Assembly (NCBI GenBank): GCA_030390025.1
Contig: CM059449.1
Coordinates: 19,964,001 to 20,028,000, forward strand
Reading direction: 5' to 3'
Length of the DNA: 64,000 bases
From: Squalus acanthias
Lineage: Eukaryota
Positions 11,612 through 23,676 of the stretch are shown in pieces. The notes below the pieces were generated by a model. That model saw only the letters and a program-made list of their open reading frames with translations. It did no database searches and was not told the DNA's origin. Each line of letters opens with the position of its first letter. Position 1 is the stretch's first letter. The position numbers and the translations under genes were made by a program.

Positions 11612-12342
11612 GTAGGAAAAAGTCTGCTTAATATCATTAGCACAATCATCAGAATACAACAGGGGTGAGTTACATTAAAATGTTTGTCTTGTCTGTTTAA
11701 AACAGTCAGCGATCGGGGACAAGATGTAGGTTTATTAATAAAAATTCAAGTGATTCTATCTCTATCTCAGTCTCCGTCTCCCCATATGTTGTCATAACTG
11801 TGTTAATGATCTGTTTGGGTTCTTTACTTTTTCAGTACAACAAATGGCCTTTCAGCCCATCATGCCCGTTCTATCTCGAATCCCATTTTTTTGCTCTGTC
11901 CCCATTCCTTTACACTTTTCAAATATTTTCTTCTGCCTTAAAGGTCATGACCACTTTTATACATTTATTATCTGTGTGTGTGTGTGTGCATGTACTTATG
12001 TATCTATCGTTGTTTGTGGCCTTATTTGTGTGTCTGTGTACTGATCTGTGTATCTGTTTGTCGCTCTTTTTGTACCTGCCCATGTCTCTCTGTTTATGTG
12101 TCAATGGGTCTATGTGTTAGGTAAATATTGAACTTTACATCTATTTGAATTTATTTGGGGCCAATTGATGAGAAAATTAAGACAGGTATAGGTAGAGCAA
12201 GAGTAGTACAGTTAAAGAGTGAATGGTGCCCAGTTAATTCTAGGGCAATAATGAGAGGTAAATTTGAGAGACGCCACAGACTGATTGGATGATGATTACA
12301 ATGTACAAGACCAGGAATATGGGCTGTAATCGCACTCTCCCC

Positions 12343-12790
12343 AACAACAACAACTTGTATTTATATAGTGCCTTTAACGTAGTAAGACGTCCCAAGGCGC
12401 TGCACTGGAGTATTTTAAGACAAAAAATTTGACACCGATCCACATAAGGATAAATTAGGGCAAATGACCAAAAGCTTGGTCAAAGAGATAGGTTTTAAGG
12501 AGCGTCTTAAAGGAGGAAAGAGAGGTAGCGAGGCGGACAGGTTTAGGCGGGGAATTCCAGAGCTTAGGGCCGAGGCAACAGAAGGCACGGCCACCAAAGG
12601 TTGAGCGATTATAATCAGGGATGCTCAAGAGGGCAGAATTAGAGGAGCGCAGATATCTCGGGGTGGGGGGTTGTGGGGCTGAAGGAGATTACAGAGATAG
12701 GAAGGCGCGAGGCCATGGAGGGATTTCAAAATAAGGATGAGAATTTTGAAATCGAGGCGCTGCTTAACCGGGAGCGCCAATGTAGGTCCA
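12343..12790 (-). mobile_element. L2 LINE 3' end (unit B copy ~30803-31245)
   Basis: L2 tail with (ttg)n and the usual 3' ORF sequence. Confidence 0.87.
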
Positions 12791-12812
12791 GAACCTTACC
12801 GACAGTTTGTTG

Positions 12813-12938
12813 GTCTCTGGCAAAGGTCAAAGGGATTCCGGCCCCTCGGCACCTGGTGAATGGGACTCTGGGACAGTCAGTAACTTGACCATCAATTATA
12901 TCCGAAGCCGAACCTCTGATAATTACTTGGCACTTCAG
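12813..12938 (+). pseudogene. Relic N-terminal half of an IgV exon (unit B copy ~31271-31396)
   Basis: KGIPAPRHLVNGTLGQSVT*PSIISEAEPLIITWHF aligns without gaps to VGNPVPRRLVNGTRGQSVTLPVNIPGTELESITWDF and contains an in-frame TGA. Confidence 0.82.
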
Positions 12939-13274
12939 CCCTCATCTACAGTCTCTGCAGCTCTATGAGATGTGACTCCCAATCAGGATGGAGAACAGAC
13001 TTCACAGGGCTGTTTATTAAAGAGCCCGAGGTTCTCCTTCCCATGCAATGATCCTGGGAAGGGGGAAGGTCTGAGGGGTCTTGTCAAAAGGCAGCTGCTC
13101 CCCACAAAAAGGAGCTTCACAAAATGTGCTGCACAAAGTTGGTGGAGAATATGTTCTGAAATGTTCGGCATCGGTTTAAAAAGTGCAGCAATAGATATCA
13201 CACAGTAAAACCGCAGGCACCAACACACCAGAACTAAAGGCACTAACGGGCTTGTCCTTCTGTTTCTGTTCCAG

Positions 13275-13613
13275 GTCTGGGAGAGGCTGTGGGTAATCCA
13301 GTCCCTCGACGCCTGGTGAATGGGACTCGGGGACAGTCAGTTACTTTACCAGTAAATATACCAGGAACAGAACTTGAGTCAATTACATGGGACTTCAGAA
13401 ACTTAATCACTGGGAAAAAGATTCAAGTATGTGGAAAAGTCCTAAACAAACCAGCAAAATGTAACAATGAGCTGGGAGAGAGGTTCAGGTTAATCCTCAC
13501 CGACTACAGCCTGGAAATACAGAGCCTGATAAAAAGTGACCAAGGTCTGTATGAAGTTAATGCAAGATCAGAACAAGATGTGCATGAAGAAGTGGTGGAA
13601 CTGCGAGTTTACG
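13275..13613 (+). CDS. CD2/SLAM-family receptor A, IgV exon
   Basis: tttctgttccag|...TACG|gtaatc, 339 nt, phase 1-1. Encodes VNGTRGQSVTLP...ITW...YSLEIQSLIKSDQGLYEV...ELRVY and lacks the canonical B/F-strand Cys pair, as in CD2/SLAM V domains. Confidence 0.93.
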
Positions 13614-13680
13614 GTAATCTCACTTTAATTAAAGAAGTACATTTTCTGATCTAACAATTTTTATGTAGTTAAAGATGATA

Positions 13681-13882
13681 GGGGAGATCTTCCTGGGTCT
13701 GTGCCCAAGTGCCCTGGGTCATGTGGGCGAAGTGAGTACTGGAAAATCGGACGGGTTGGAGCGCTTGCCTGTAAAGGAGCCTGCCATATTTCCCTCTATT
13801 TATATTAATGGAGGAAAATTGGGCTGGCTCCTCGAAGGGAGTGCGCTCCAACCCACCCGATTTTCTGTTGTGTGTTTGGGTC
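13681..13882. mobile_element. Hairpin MITE (~200 bp; unit B copy ~32139-32340)
   Basis: ggggagatcttcctgggtctgtgcccaa pairs with ttgggtcagacccaggaaaatcttcct; inner arms gggttggagcgc and gcgctccaaccc. Confidence 0.75.
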
Positions 13883-13927
13883 AGACCCAGGAAAATCTTC
13901 CTCGCTATTCTGAGTTTTGTTGTATGT

Positions 13928-14149
13928 ACTTCAGAAACTTAACCACTGGGAGAAAGATTCAAGTATGTAGGAAAGTCCTAAACAACCCAGCAAAATATAA
14001 CAATGAGCTGGGAGAGAGGTTCAGGTTAAACCTCAATGACTATAGCCTGGAAATACAGAGCCTGATAAAAAGTGACCAAGGTCTGTATGAGGTTAATGCA
14101 AGATCAGAACAGGACATATACGATGAAGCGGTGGAACTGCGAGTTTACG
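13928..14149 (+). pseudogene. Duplicated C-terminal half of the IgV exon with an intact donor (unit B copy 32386-32607)
   Basis: Encodes FRNLTTGRKIQVCRKVLNNPAKYNNELGERFRLNLNDYSLEIQSLIKSDQGLYEVNARSEQDIYDEAVELRVY, followed by G|gtaatc. About 91% identical to the V exon. I found no phase-1 acceptor upstream. Confidence 0.85.
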
Positions 14150-15164
14150 GTAATCACTTGTTCAGTAACGCAGGGATTCCTTGTGTCAGATTATTGCCCT
14201 CCTCCATGAATTGCGGGAGGGTAAAAGTTAGAGAATGCAAATGTCAGTGAGGAAACACTAGAAATGAGTGTGAAGTCAATTTGTAATTATTTAATTTAAC
14301 CGTTATTAATTACAGTTTTATGTTTAACAATTGGGATTACAAATCACTAATGATGCAACTCTCAGGCAGTTTCCATATTGGGGTAGTTATGGGCAATGTT
14401 CCTGCTCAGGTGCGCAGGCGTGCAGTAAACCGAATGGTCCCGCGCAGGCCGCTCACCGGCTTTTACATTGTAAAAACCACACATGCGCAGAAATTTAAAG
14501 TGACCACACAGTAAAAGAAACAGGCCGCACAGAACAAAGCGCCGCTTACAGCGAATATTGGATAGGGGATATTAACAGGCGGGAACATTGACAGCATCAT
14601 TGTAAGAACATAAGAAATAGGAGCAGGAGGAGGCCATTTGGCCCTTCGAGCCTGCTCCGCGATTCAACAAGATCACGGCTGATCTTCTACCACATCTCCA
14701 CTTTCCTGCACTATTGCGTCTACCTGTACAGTAGTTTGACAGACTGCCAGATTAATCGATCTCTGTGGTTCTTTACTCTAGAAACAGTGAGAACGGAGAG
14801 TGACTCCAAGTCGCCGGTTATTAAACAGAAATCCCACACACTCACGTGACATGAATTTGAAGTCAGGACAGAAGGGGAGCAAGATTATTATTTTGCCCCT
14901 CTATTGCCTAATTAGATTTAAACATGGGCCCTGCCTGCCTGGTCTGATGTTAAGGTGGATGTTAAAGATCCCACTAGACTATTTGAAGAAGAGCAAAGAG
15001 CTCGCGTGATATCCTGGCCAATATTTCTCCTTAAACCAACATCTCCAAAATCAGATTAACTAGTTATCTAACTCATTTGTCAGCTCCTGCTGTATCCAAA
15101 TTAGCTTCAGTGTTTACCTGCATAACAACAGTGACTGCAATTCAAAGACATTTATCTCTTTAAG

Positions 15165-15365
15165 GTCGGAGAGGAATTTCCCAGATTTTGTTCCCCCAAA
15201 ATTGGCCTGGGTTTTTAATGTTTTTTTGCCTCTCCCAGGAGATCACATGGCTTTGGATGGGGTGGAGAGTATATATTGCGATGCACAAGGTATCACAATT
15301 GTGTGGGATGGGTTGGATGGACCAGAGGGGTTTCTTCCTGTCTGGCATTGTTCGTATGTTCATAA
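15165..15365 (+). mobile_element. CR1-type LINE 3' UTR/tail fragment (also ~33625-33825, and on the minus strand at ~57540-57750)
   Basis: Shares ttttgcctctcccaggagatcacatggc...ggatggaccag...ttgttcgtatgttc with the other copies. Confidence 0.65.
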
Positions 15366-15508
15366 GTACTTTGAGACGTTTCTGGAGAGAAGTAACGAGG
15401 TGCTGGATATATGCAAAAGTTGTTATTTTAAAACCAGTTTCTTCAAAGTCTGTTCACCAAATATGTGGGCCACTGCACCGATGTTAACAAGATTTCATTC
15501 ATTTACAG

Positions 15509-15799
15509 AACGTGTATCAATTCCAAGAATACAGATCAGCGTCTCCTCTGATGGGATCTGTAATATTACCCTGAGCTGTTCAGTGGAGAGCGGCGATGAC
15601 CTGATCTACAGCTGGTGGAGAGGTGGAGGGGAGGTCACAGCTGACGGGTCACACAGTGTGACTGACGGTGGGAGGAGACTGGCAGTGTCCTTAAGTCCAC
15701 ACGATACCAGCACAGTGTACAACTGCACAGTGAGAAACCCCGTTAGTGAGAAGACTGGGAGCGTCGACCTCGCAGGCCCCTGTAACATCACCAATAAAG
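15509..15799 (+). CDS. CD2/SLAM-family receptor A, IgC2 exon
   Basis: tcatttacag|AA...AAAG|gtcatt, 291 nt, phase 1-1. Encodes ERVSIPRI...ICNITLSCSVESGDDLIYSW...YNCTVRNPVS...GPC, the 4-Cys SLAM C2 pattern with the NPVS motif. Confidence 0.93.
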
Positions 15800-16292
15800 G
15801 TCATTGTATCGGAGTTAATAGAGAGGTTACTCCAATTAATAATTAAAATGCAGGAATGGTTGTCTGATGTAATGGGAGCTGATAATAAATCTTCTTACTC
15901 GGAGGGTTAGATAAACAGCACCTTTCAAATTAGAGTTCTACCCAATTTAAACAGGTGGGGGTAGAAATTTGCCGTGGGCAGTTTTGCAAAACGGGCGACA
16001 TCACATCCGTTATAGATCCCGTTTGATACTGAGTTCAATTAAAGTCAATACATAGAATTACACAGTATTTACAGCACAGAAACAGACCATTCGGCCCAAA
16101 ACATCTACGCCGATGTTTCTGCTTCATACGAGCCTCCTCCCACCCTACTACATCTCACCCTTTCAGCATATCCTTCTATTCCTTTCGCCCTCATGTGCCT
16201 TCCCCTTGAATGCATCTACGCTATTCGCCTCAACTGCTCCATGTGGTAACGAGTTCCACATTCTCACCGCTCTCTGGGTAAAAAAAATAGAA

Positions 16293-17075
16293 ACATAGAA
16301 GATAGGAGCAAGAGTAGGCCATTCAGCCCCTCGAGCCTGCTCCGCCATTCAATGAGATCATGGCTGATCATCCAAACTCAGTACCCTGTACCTGCCTTCT
16401 CCCCATATCCCTTGATCCCTTTAGCTTTAAGAAATATATCTAATTCATTCTTGAATATATTTAATGACTTGGCCTCAACTACCTTCTGTGGTAGAGAATT
16501 CCACAGGTTCACCACTCTCTGGGTGAAGAAATTCTTCCTCATTTCTGTCCGAAATGGCTTACCCCTTATCCTTAGATTATGACCCCTGGTTCCGGACTCT
16601 CCGACCATCGGGAACATTCTTCCTGCATCTAGTTTGTCCAGACCTGTCAGAATTTTATATGTTTCGATGAGATCCGCTCTCATTCTTCTATACTCCAGCG
16701 AGTATAAGCCCAATCGACACAATCTCTCCTCATATGTCATTCCTGCCATCCCAGGTATCAGCCTGGTGAATCTACGCTGAACTCCCTCCATGGCAAGAAC
16801 ATCCTTCCTCAGATAAGGCGACCAAAACTGCACACAATACTCAAGGTGTGGTCTCACCAAGGCCCTGTACAACTGCAGCAGGACATCCTTGCTCCTGTAC
16901 TCAAACCCTTTCACTATGAAGGCCAACATACCATTTGCCTTCTTCATCGCCTGCTGCACCTGCATGCTTACCTTCAGCGACTGGTGCACAAGGACACCCA
17001 GGTCTCGTTGCACTTCCCCTTCTCCCAATCTATTGCCATTCAGATAATAGTCTGCCTTTCTGTTTTTGGCAGAAC
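16293..17075 (-). mobile_element. Young CR1 LINE 3' fragment, unit-A specific, TSD aaaatagaa
   Basis: Uninterrupted 216-aa ORF at 16378-17028 (LVRPHLEYCVQFWSPYLRKD...FFTQRVVNLWNSLP). TSD at 16284-16292 and 17076-17084; empty site at ~34750. Confidence 0.93.
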
Positions 17076-17438
17076 AAAATAGAACTGATTATTAAGCGGG
17101 TCGTGTAACGGGCCGGCAATGCTACACCACCCGATTTGGATAACCAGCCAAGATGAATTTCCACCTTGTGGTAAATGTTTCCAGGTTATTCAATGGAAAG
17201 TAACATTGGACAGGGTGTACAACAGGCAGACGATCCACTAACACCACTTTTCCACCCGACGGAGAAAGTTAAAATGACCCCCTCTTAAGAGTGTTTGTAA
17301 TAAAAACAATTATTTTAGATTTTTTTAGTAGATATATCAATATTCCACCAAATATTGCAGTAATATTAAGCTTGATTGTTGATCCCACAGCAAGGGGTTG
17401 AAAGCAGAGAGTTATTGTTTCTTTCTGTATGTTTCTAG

Positions 17439-17578
17439 GCAGTGGAAGAGATGAGGGAGACGGCACTCTGCACTCGGCTCAGATCCTGGGAATACGAGCT
17501 GCGATATTCATTGCTGCTGTCGTTACCACTATCACTGGGGTTTACATCTGGGAGCAAAGAACAGTTAAAGGAAACTGA
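17439..17578 (+). CDS. CD2/SLAM-family receptor A, stalk/TM/short-tail terminal exon (full protein 280 aa)
   Basis: tttctgtatgtttctag|GC, phase 1. Encodes GSGRDEGDGTLHSAQILGIRAAIFIAAVVTTITGVYIWEQRTVKGN*, with the TM Arg codon CGA at 17495-17497 and TGA at 17576-17578. Confidence 0.87.
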
Positions 17579-18329
17579 GAGACTGTTTACAGCTTTGTAC
17601 AGCAACAATCTAGTCTTTCAGAGGGAACTCTGGACACGGCAACAGGAGGGAAAATTAAAGTCACTGCTGAGGGTCAACGTTCAAAGACACTGACAACAGG
17701 ATTAATACAGCCACACGTCCAAGTTCATTCTTTATACTTCAGCTGTCCTTGATCACTGAGCCGGGAGACCACTTGAACCTGATTCCCACGTGTCATATCA
17801 AAAAACAATGCAGCATTGGAAGATGGAGAGCATAAAAGATCATGAAGCACGAACAAAGTTGTTCAGCCAACCCAGTCTGCTCGCTCCACAGACCCGGTAC
17901 AATCTACCCTCTCATGGTCTCTACCCGAATCCATTCCAATTGTTTTGGGAAGGTCCTGTAGTTGGTCCCTGCTTAACCATCAAACTGTCAAGTTTTTTTT
18001 CATGTTTATACCATCTGGACAGGAGCCTGTGTCAAGACGCATTGTTGGTGTATAATCTGATAATTTGTAGTTATAATTCTACAGTCAGTGAGATATGTTG
18101 TACAATATAAATTCACTGAACTTTGGACTGTGCAGGGACAAATGAGTTTGCTTTCCTCTCGGCAAAGAAGTGACAGATCATCACTGCTTGTTTAGTACAA
18201 TTTCTTACTGTTGTGTGCAGTAAATGTATTCCAGCCTTCCTGGCGAGCTGGTACCTCAGCAATAAGAAGATATTTACACTTTCACGGTTAACGCTTTACA
18301 ACTCAGAGCACGGAGTGGCCTTTAAAGAA

Positions 18330-18710
18330 AAACTTGCATTTATATAGCACCTTTCACGACCACAGGACATCCCAAAGCGCTTTGGAGCCAATGAAGTACT
18401 TTTGAAGTGTAGCCACTGTTGTAATGTAGGAAACGCGCAGCAAGATTCCAAAAACAGCCATGTGATGATAACCAGTTACTCTGTTTATTAAAGTGATGTT
18501 GGTTGAGGGGTAAATATTGGTCAGGACACCAGGGAGAACGCCCCTGCTCTTCAAAATAGTGTCATGGGATCTTTTACGCCCACTTTGAGGGGAGACGGGA
18601 CCTCGGTTTAACATCTCATCCTAGATTTTGTGCTGAAATCTCTGGAGTGGGACTTGAACCTACAACCTTCTGACCCAGAGGTGAGAGTGCTACCAGCTGA
18701 GCCACAGCCC
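18330..18710 (-). mobile_element. Deu-SINE (unit B copy ~35990-36368)
   Basis: Reverse-complement tRNA head, part of the Deu core and the L2 tail. Confidence 0.85.
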
Positions 18711-19679
18711 CAAGACTGGCTTTCACCTTTAAAAATCTGGATATTTATATCTATCTTCGAGACGAGCAAATGAAATGTTCACCTGTTGGAGTAACACTTA
18801 CAAAGTGTAACTTTCAACTGATGTTTAAGCTTAGTTTTTAAACTTAAAAACTTGCAAGTCAGTTGGCAGTGAACGGTCAGTGAGCTGTAAGTAGGTCAGC
18901 TGTTAAGTACACATTGTGTGGTTGGGGGCTGACTAATTAGTTGAGATTGGTTTGTGTCTGAAAGGTTTAGAAAGGGGGATACTTGCAAGAGCCCAGCAGT
19001 TAACTGGGAACGGAGTGAGGACTTCTAAAACGGGAATTTGATGAGAGTGGCAATTCAGTGCAGAAGGGGAGGGAGGTGCTCAGTAAATTAACCGAGGAAC
19101 AAAAGCTACGTTTTCTCCTTTTATTCACACTTTAATAAAGGGTGTCAAACTCAATTTACATGGCGGGCCAGATCAGACATCCTGGAACTTCGCATTGACA
19201 ACACTGGGGTAGAAATTGTTGTGCGTTTTGCCCATTTGTTGGGCGCAATGTATACCAATTTCTGGGCACGAGGTCCGGCACCTATTCTGCGCTGGCAGCA
19301 TGGCCATATTGGTCCTCACTGTTTTTAGGTGTCCCTGGCTGTTGCCCGAGATCAGCGGTGGATCAATTTAAATAGGAACATCGGAACAAGAGTAGGCCAT
19401 TCAGCCCCTCGATCTTGTTCCGCCATTCAATGAGATCATGGCTGATCTGTATCCCAACTCCATTCACCTGCCTTGGCTCCATATCCCTTACTACACTTGG
19501 CTAGGAAAGATTTATCGAGCTCAGATGAAAAATTATTGGCCTGGATTTTGCAGTCGGCGGCATAACTACGGATTACACGCCGGCATCTGAATGGGAACCT
19601 ACCTGATGGGGACCCTCCTCCGTGAACTTGCTGGTAGGCGCTGCGTAGTAGAGGGCAGCGTATTGGCCCACAGATCTCT

Positions 19680-20005
19680 GGGGCGTATTGCATATCCGAT
19701 GCCAGGGTAAAGGATATCTCGAAGCACAAGAAAGTAACTTGGAAAGGGAGTGGGAAGAACCAGTTGTCCTGATCCATGTCAGAAACAGCGACATGGAAAG
19801 AAAGCGAGGAGGTCGTTAAGGGAGTATCAGGAGCTCAATTAAAAAGCAGGACCTCGAGAGTGATGATCTCCGGAGTCTAAACAAGTGGTGTGACGAGTTA
19901 TGGCAGCAGTACTGGAACAGGAAGGAGCTGGGACGGGCTGCACCTGAGACCAAGATCCTCACGGAAAGGATAAACAGGACTGTAGAATGGACTTTAAACC
20001 AGCAT
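19680..20005 (+). mobile_element. CR1 ORF1 (esterase) relic with internal deletions (unit B copy ~37775-38100)
   Basis: DARVKDIS...LEREWEEPVVLIHV...GAQLKSRTS...WQQYWNRKEL...RINRTVEWTLN resembles the CR1 ORF1 SGNH-esterase C-terminus. Confidence 0.7.
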
Positions 20006-20887
20006 GGCATCTAACGGCATCTCTGGCCCTTATTGCGGAAGATGTTAGAGGCTTAAATTTTCTTCTCTGCTACCTCACTGGTGTATCCCATGTAGAAATC
20101 CCAAGCATTGTGGAGCCTCACATCCAGCTCTGTAAGGTAGTTACGCCTGCTTCATGCAGTCATAGTTACGACTGGTAGGATCCCACTAGTCGTGCCCTCA
20201 AAAAGTGACGGCAGGACACAGGAAGTAATGAACGGAAGAAGAAGCGCCCGCGCTCCTCTGTTGGAAGATCCCGTCAGGGCAGAAATCGGCTCCTGCCCCT
20301 TCGCTCGCACTACACCAGACTTCTTCCCCGCAGAACAGTCAAACTTTTGGTCTGTTTCCTCTAGTTACAGCTCCTGACCACCCACCCCATCCATCCTCAC
20401 TAGGCTAACGAACATTAATCCACCAGGTCTCTCTACCCCTCCATTCTGAGTTTCACGTCCCTCACACAGCCCCATCTCACTTCTGGTATTTGTACCAGTC
20501 AAAGCTCAGTGCCCCATCTGGACATTTATTCTGTATCAGTCTTATTTCATTTTCCACTCATTTCTGTGCCAGCTTCCTCTCCTGTGTATAGTTCTGTCCT
20601 ACCTACATTTGTGACCTCTCCAACCTTGCAATGTTAACACGTTTGTCCAGAGTTGTGGGCTGAAGGCCCTAGCCAGTGTGCCTGGAGTATCTTACTTTGC
20701 ATGATCAACTGTGAATTTCTGCAATCTTGGTGGTGTAAGGTAATAGTAAAACTTGTCCAGTAAATATTGGCATTTCCAATACTCATTATACATACATTGA
20801 AGGCTATTGGATCAAGCTCTGTCCCTTTTTCCTGATATATGCACAAGGGAACTGAACAGAATGCTACCATACACAGCTATGGTGATT

Positions 20888-21185
20888 GTGCACTGTCGGA
20901 GGTGCCATCTTTCGGATGAGACATTAAACAGAGGCCCCATCTGCCCTCTCAGGTAGGTGTAAAAGATCCCATGACACTATTTCAAAGAAGAGCAGGGGAG
21001 ATCGCCCCCCAGTGTCCTGGCTAATATTTATCTGTCATCCAACATTACTACAAAAAAGATTATCTGCCACGTTTCCTACATAAAAGTGACTATACTTCAA
21101 AAGTACTTCATTGGCTGTAAAACGCTTTGGGACGTTGTGACGTCGCGGAAGGCGCTATATAAATGCAAGTTCCTTCTTTTCTTTT
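20888..21185 (+). mobile_element. 5'-truncated Deu-SINE (unit B copy ~38980-39330, with an internal ~53-bp tandem duplication)
   Basis: Deu core plus L2 tail. Confidence 0.85.
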
Positions 21186-22037
21186 AAGATGAACTGGCTT
21201 ATAAGTACAATCCAGCGTAATTTGATATTTAACTGCAGTGCAATCACATGATTACAGTACAACCGTTACTGGCACAGACATAACTTAAGGGTATCGTAGT
21301 ATCTCAGCATTGGCTTGGTTCGCTTGATTACAGTGTAGCAAAGATTAATGTGCATGCCATATTTCAAGATTTTTCTTGTCTATTTTGACAGGGCGGTGGG
21401 GGCGGGGAGGGGGAGATGGTGTTTCTTTAAGCAAAGAATATTTTCAGAACTTCAAAAGAAAAGCACCTGGATGAAAGGTGGTTAATATACTAAGTGGAAG
21501 TGGCTTTCCCCAAGAGACTAAATAATAAGTCTTAGCATATCTAGGTAATCAAAAAACAGCTTATCCCCATTGCGTTGGGAAGCCCTTTAATCTCGTGTCT
21601 GCCTGGATACAGGGGGAGCTAAAAAGAAAGAGACAGGCTTTTTGAAACAGGAAGGTTGCAAGGGCAGTCCAATTTTATTCAAGGGAAAACTGAGGGCTTT
21701 CACTGAATGAGGCAAAGAGGTTCGAAATGCTGGAGGCTAGTGAGCAGCCAGCTTGTTCAAGTCAACCAAGACAAGCCACTGATGTCGTCCTGCATGGCAT
21801 GTTCTTTATTTTGTATTATTACACAAAGATGAATTTTACGGATTGAATTAATTAAGTCTGATTGATCATAAAGGCTGTTCTGTATGCTCAACTTTCTATG
21901 AAATAAAGCAGCTTAAAAATTCACATCTGGCCTCATCTTACCAAGTGTTTGTTCAATCCGCCTTCAGAAAAATTGAAGAGGTGCACTTGCAAATGACAAT
22001 AATTTCCATTTCAGGTCGCAATGGGTACTATTATTAT

Positions 22038-22268
22038 TGAGAGGTCGCACAACACCAGGTTATAGTCCAACAGTTTTATTTTAAATCACAAGCTTTCGGA
22101 GCTATCGACTGCCCCTTCCTCAGGTGTTTTTACTTCACCTGAGGAATGGGCAATCGATAGCTCCGAAAGCTTGTGATTTAAAATAAAACTGTTGGACTAT
22201 AACCTGGTGTTGTGCGACCTCTCAATTTTGTCCACCCCAGTCCAACACCGGCATCTCCGCATCATGAC
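22038..22268. mobile_element. Penelope-derived foldback insertion carrying hammerhead ribozymes on both strands, unit-A specific
   Basis: 91-bp inverted repeat (22036-22126 and 22136-22226, 2 mismatches) plus a 42-nt tail. 12-bp TSD tactattattat at 22026-22037 and 22269-22280; empty site at ~40161. Confidence 0.88.
22135..22176 (+). ncRNA. Minimal hammerhead ribozyme (mirror copy on the minus strand at 22086-22126)
   Basis: tcac-CTGAGGA-a-tgggc-aatcgata-gctcc-GAAA-GC-TT-gtga; the minus-strand copy has stem II ggggc/gctcc. Confidence 0.72.
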
Positions 22269-22334
22269 TACTATTATTATGCCCATGTACAAACAGATAC
22301 AGGGCAATAGGAGTCAACTCACACAAAAGTAAAA

Positions 22335-22690
22335 AATAAAAACAGAAAATGCTGAAGATACTCAGCAGGTCAGGCAGCATCTGTGAAGACAGAAACAGAG
22401 TTAACGTTTCAGGTTGATGACCTTTCGTCAGAATTGGAAAAAAGCAGGAAATGGAACAGATTTTTAAGCAAGTGCAGGGGCTGGGAAAGAGGGGAGGGGA
22501 TGAAAGAACAAAAGGGAAGGTCTGTGATAGGATAGAAGGCAGGAGAGGTTAAGAGACATTCAAGGCAAAAGGAGATGGTAATGGGACAGGTTAAGAAACA
22601 CAAAAGTAAGATGCTTGCACCACTAACAGGAGCAAATGATGTCATTATACCCCAGAAGGGATCTATGGCAGACTTGTTGCAGTCCAAGGC
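22335..22690 (-). mobile_element. Penelope 3'/LTR fragment with hammerhead motif at 22399-22435 (unit B copy ~40220-40580, motif at 40288-40324)
   Basis: Reverse complement of the 6440-6720 tail; the unit B copy reads agtt-CTGACGA-aaggtc-atc-gacct-GAAACGTT-aact. Confidence 0.82.
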
Positions 22691-23676
22691 TACCATATGG
22701 CTCAGTGAGGTTTAGGATTGCAGTTCTTATTTAATGATTTGCTGACAAGATAACGGCTTCGAACATACGGACTGTTCCTGTGATGTGAATGCAGAGATAT
22801 CTGCTCCCTCAGGCAGATTGAATGACTACCGGGGGGTTCTACACTTCTGGAAATACCCAAGGCAGGTCTGCAGCCTTCTTTGTTCAGTGGTTTCTTCGCA
22901 TCCAGGGTCTTAGCTAACCTTGCATATGCACATTTTTCTGTATTGCTATACGATCAATAAAATCTCACACATTGCTCAGAAACATGAGTGATTAAATAGT
23001 GGGAATACACTTCACAAATTCCGTTTAACCAGTTTTTAATCTTATACTTTCACTCTTAATCCTCTTTCTGCAGAACTATTTTGAGGACTCATTACATCCA
23101 GTCTAACTTCTGTACTTTCTAGAAGTTCAGGGCACTCTTTGGAAACTATCTAGATAGCTCCTTCGCTCTTTATCTCTCCTGCTCTCTGCTTTCCTTCTAA
23201 CTTTTCTCTTCCTTTCTGCCTCAGTTTCTATGATTTTGGGGTGGTGAATAGCACAGGTTTGATATCTAAAATCCCACTTACAAAACAAACCTTTTTGGAA
23301 CCAAATCTGAGCGATAGAGTTAAAAAGGATTATCTGTCATAGGGATCGCTTCAGAAATGCCAATTATTTGGATAGGCATGTGTCAAATTATGACAGCCAC
23401 ATTTGAAAACTTGTCAAAAACCAAATCTTGATCAGTTCGTATTGTTTAATAGTCCATAGCAATTAGCTACAGCTATTCGCCACCATGCTGAGAGTGACAT
23501 CATCTTAAAAGCCTCTGTTTATCTCAGAGCTGTGTTCCCAAACAAGTTGACTCATCAATGTCCATTTCAGCCTGTTACAGGACACTAGCGGCCCCAATTT
23601 AAATCTCACAAAATGGTTCCCACCCCTGCCAAAGCACTGGAATGGTCCAAATCAAAGTCACAAATGTCATCCAATG

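Noticed and set aside
11800-12120. Hydrophobic Cys-rich ORF as a membrane protein
   Set aside because: It is intronic TG-rich low-complexity sequence, and the frame differs in unit B.
13675-14250. 191-aa ORF (208 aa at 32133-32759) as a second full Ig domain
   Set aside because: The N-terminal half is a hairpin MITE, only the C-to-G strands of the V domain are present, and I found no phase-1 acceptor.
17442-17693. 83-aa ORF over the TM exon
   Set aside because: Wrong frame; the phase-1 splice from the C2 exon gives the TM-encoding frame ending at 17578.
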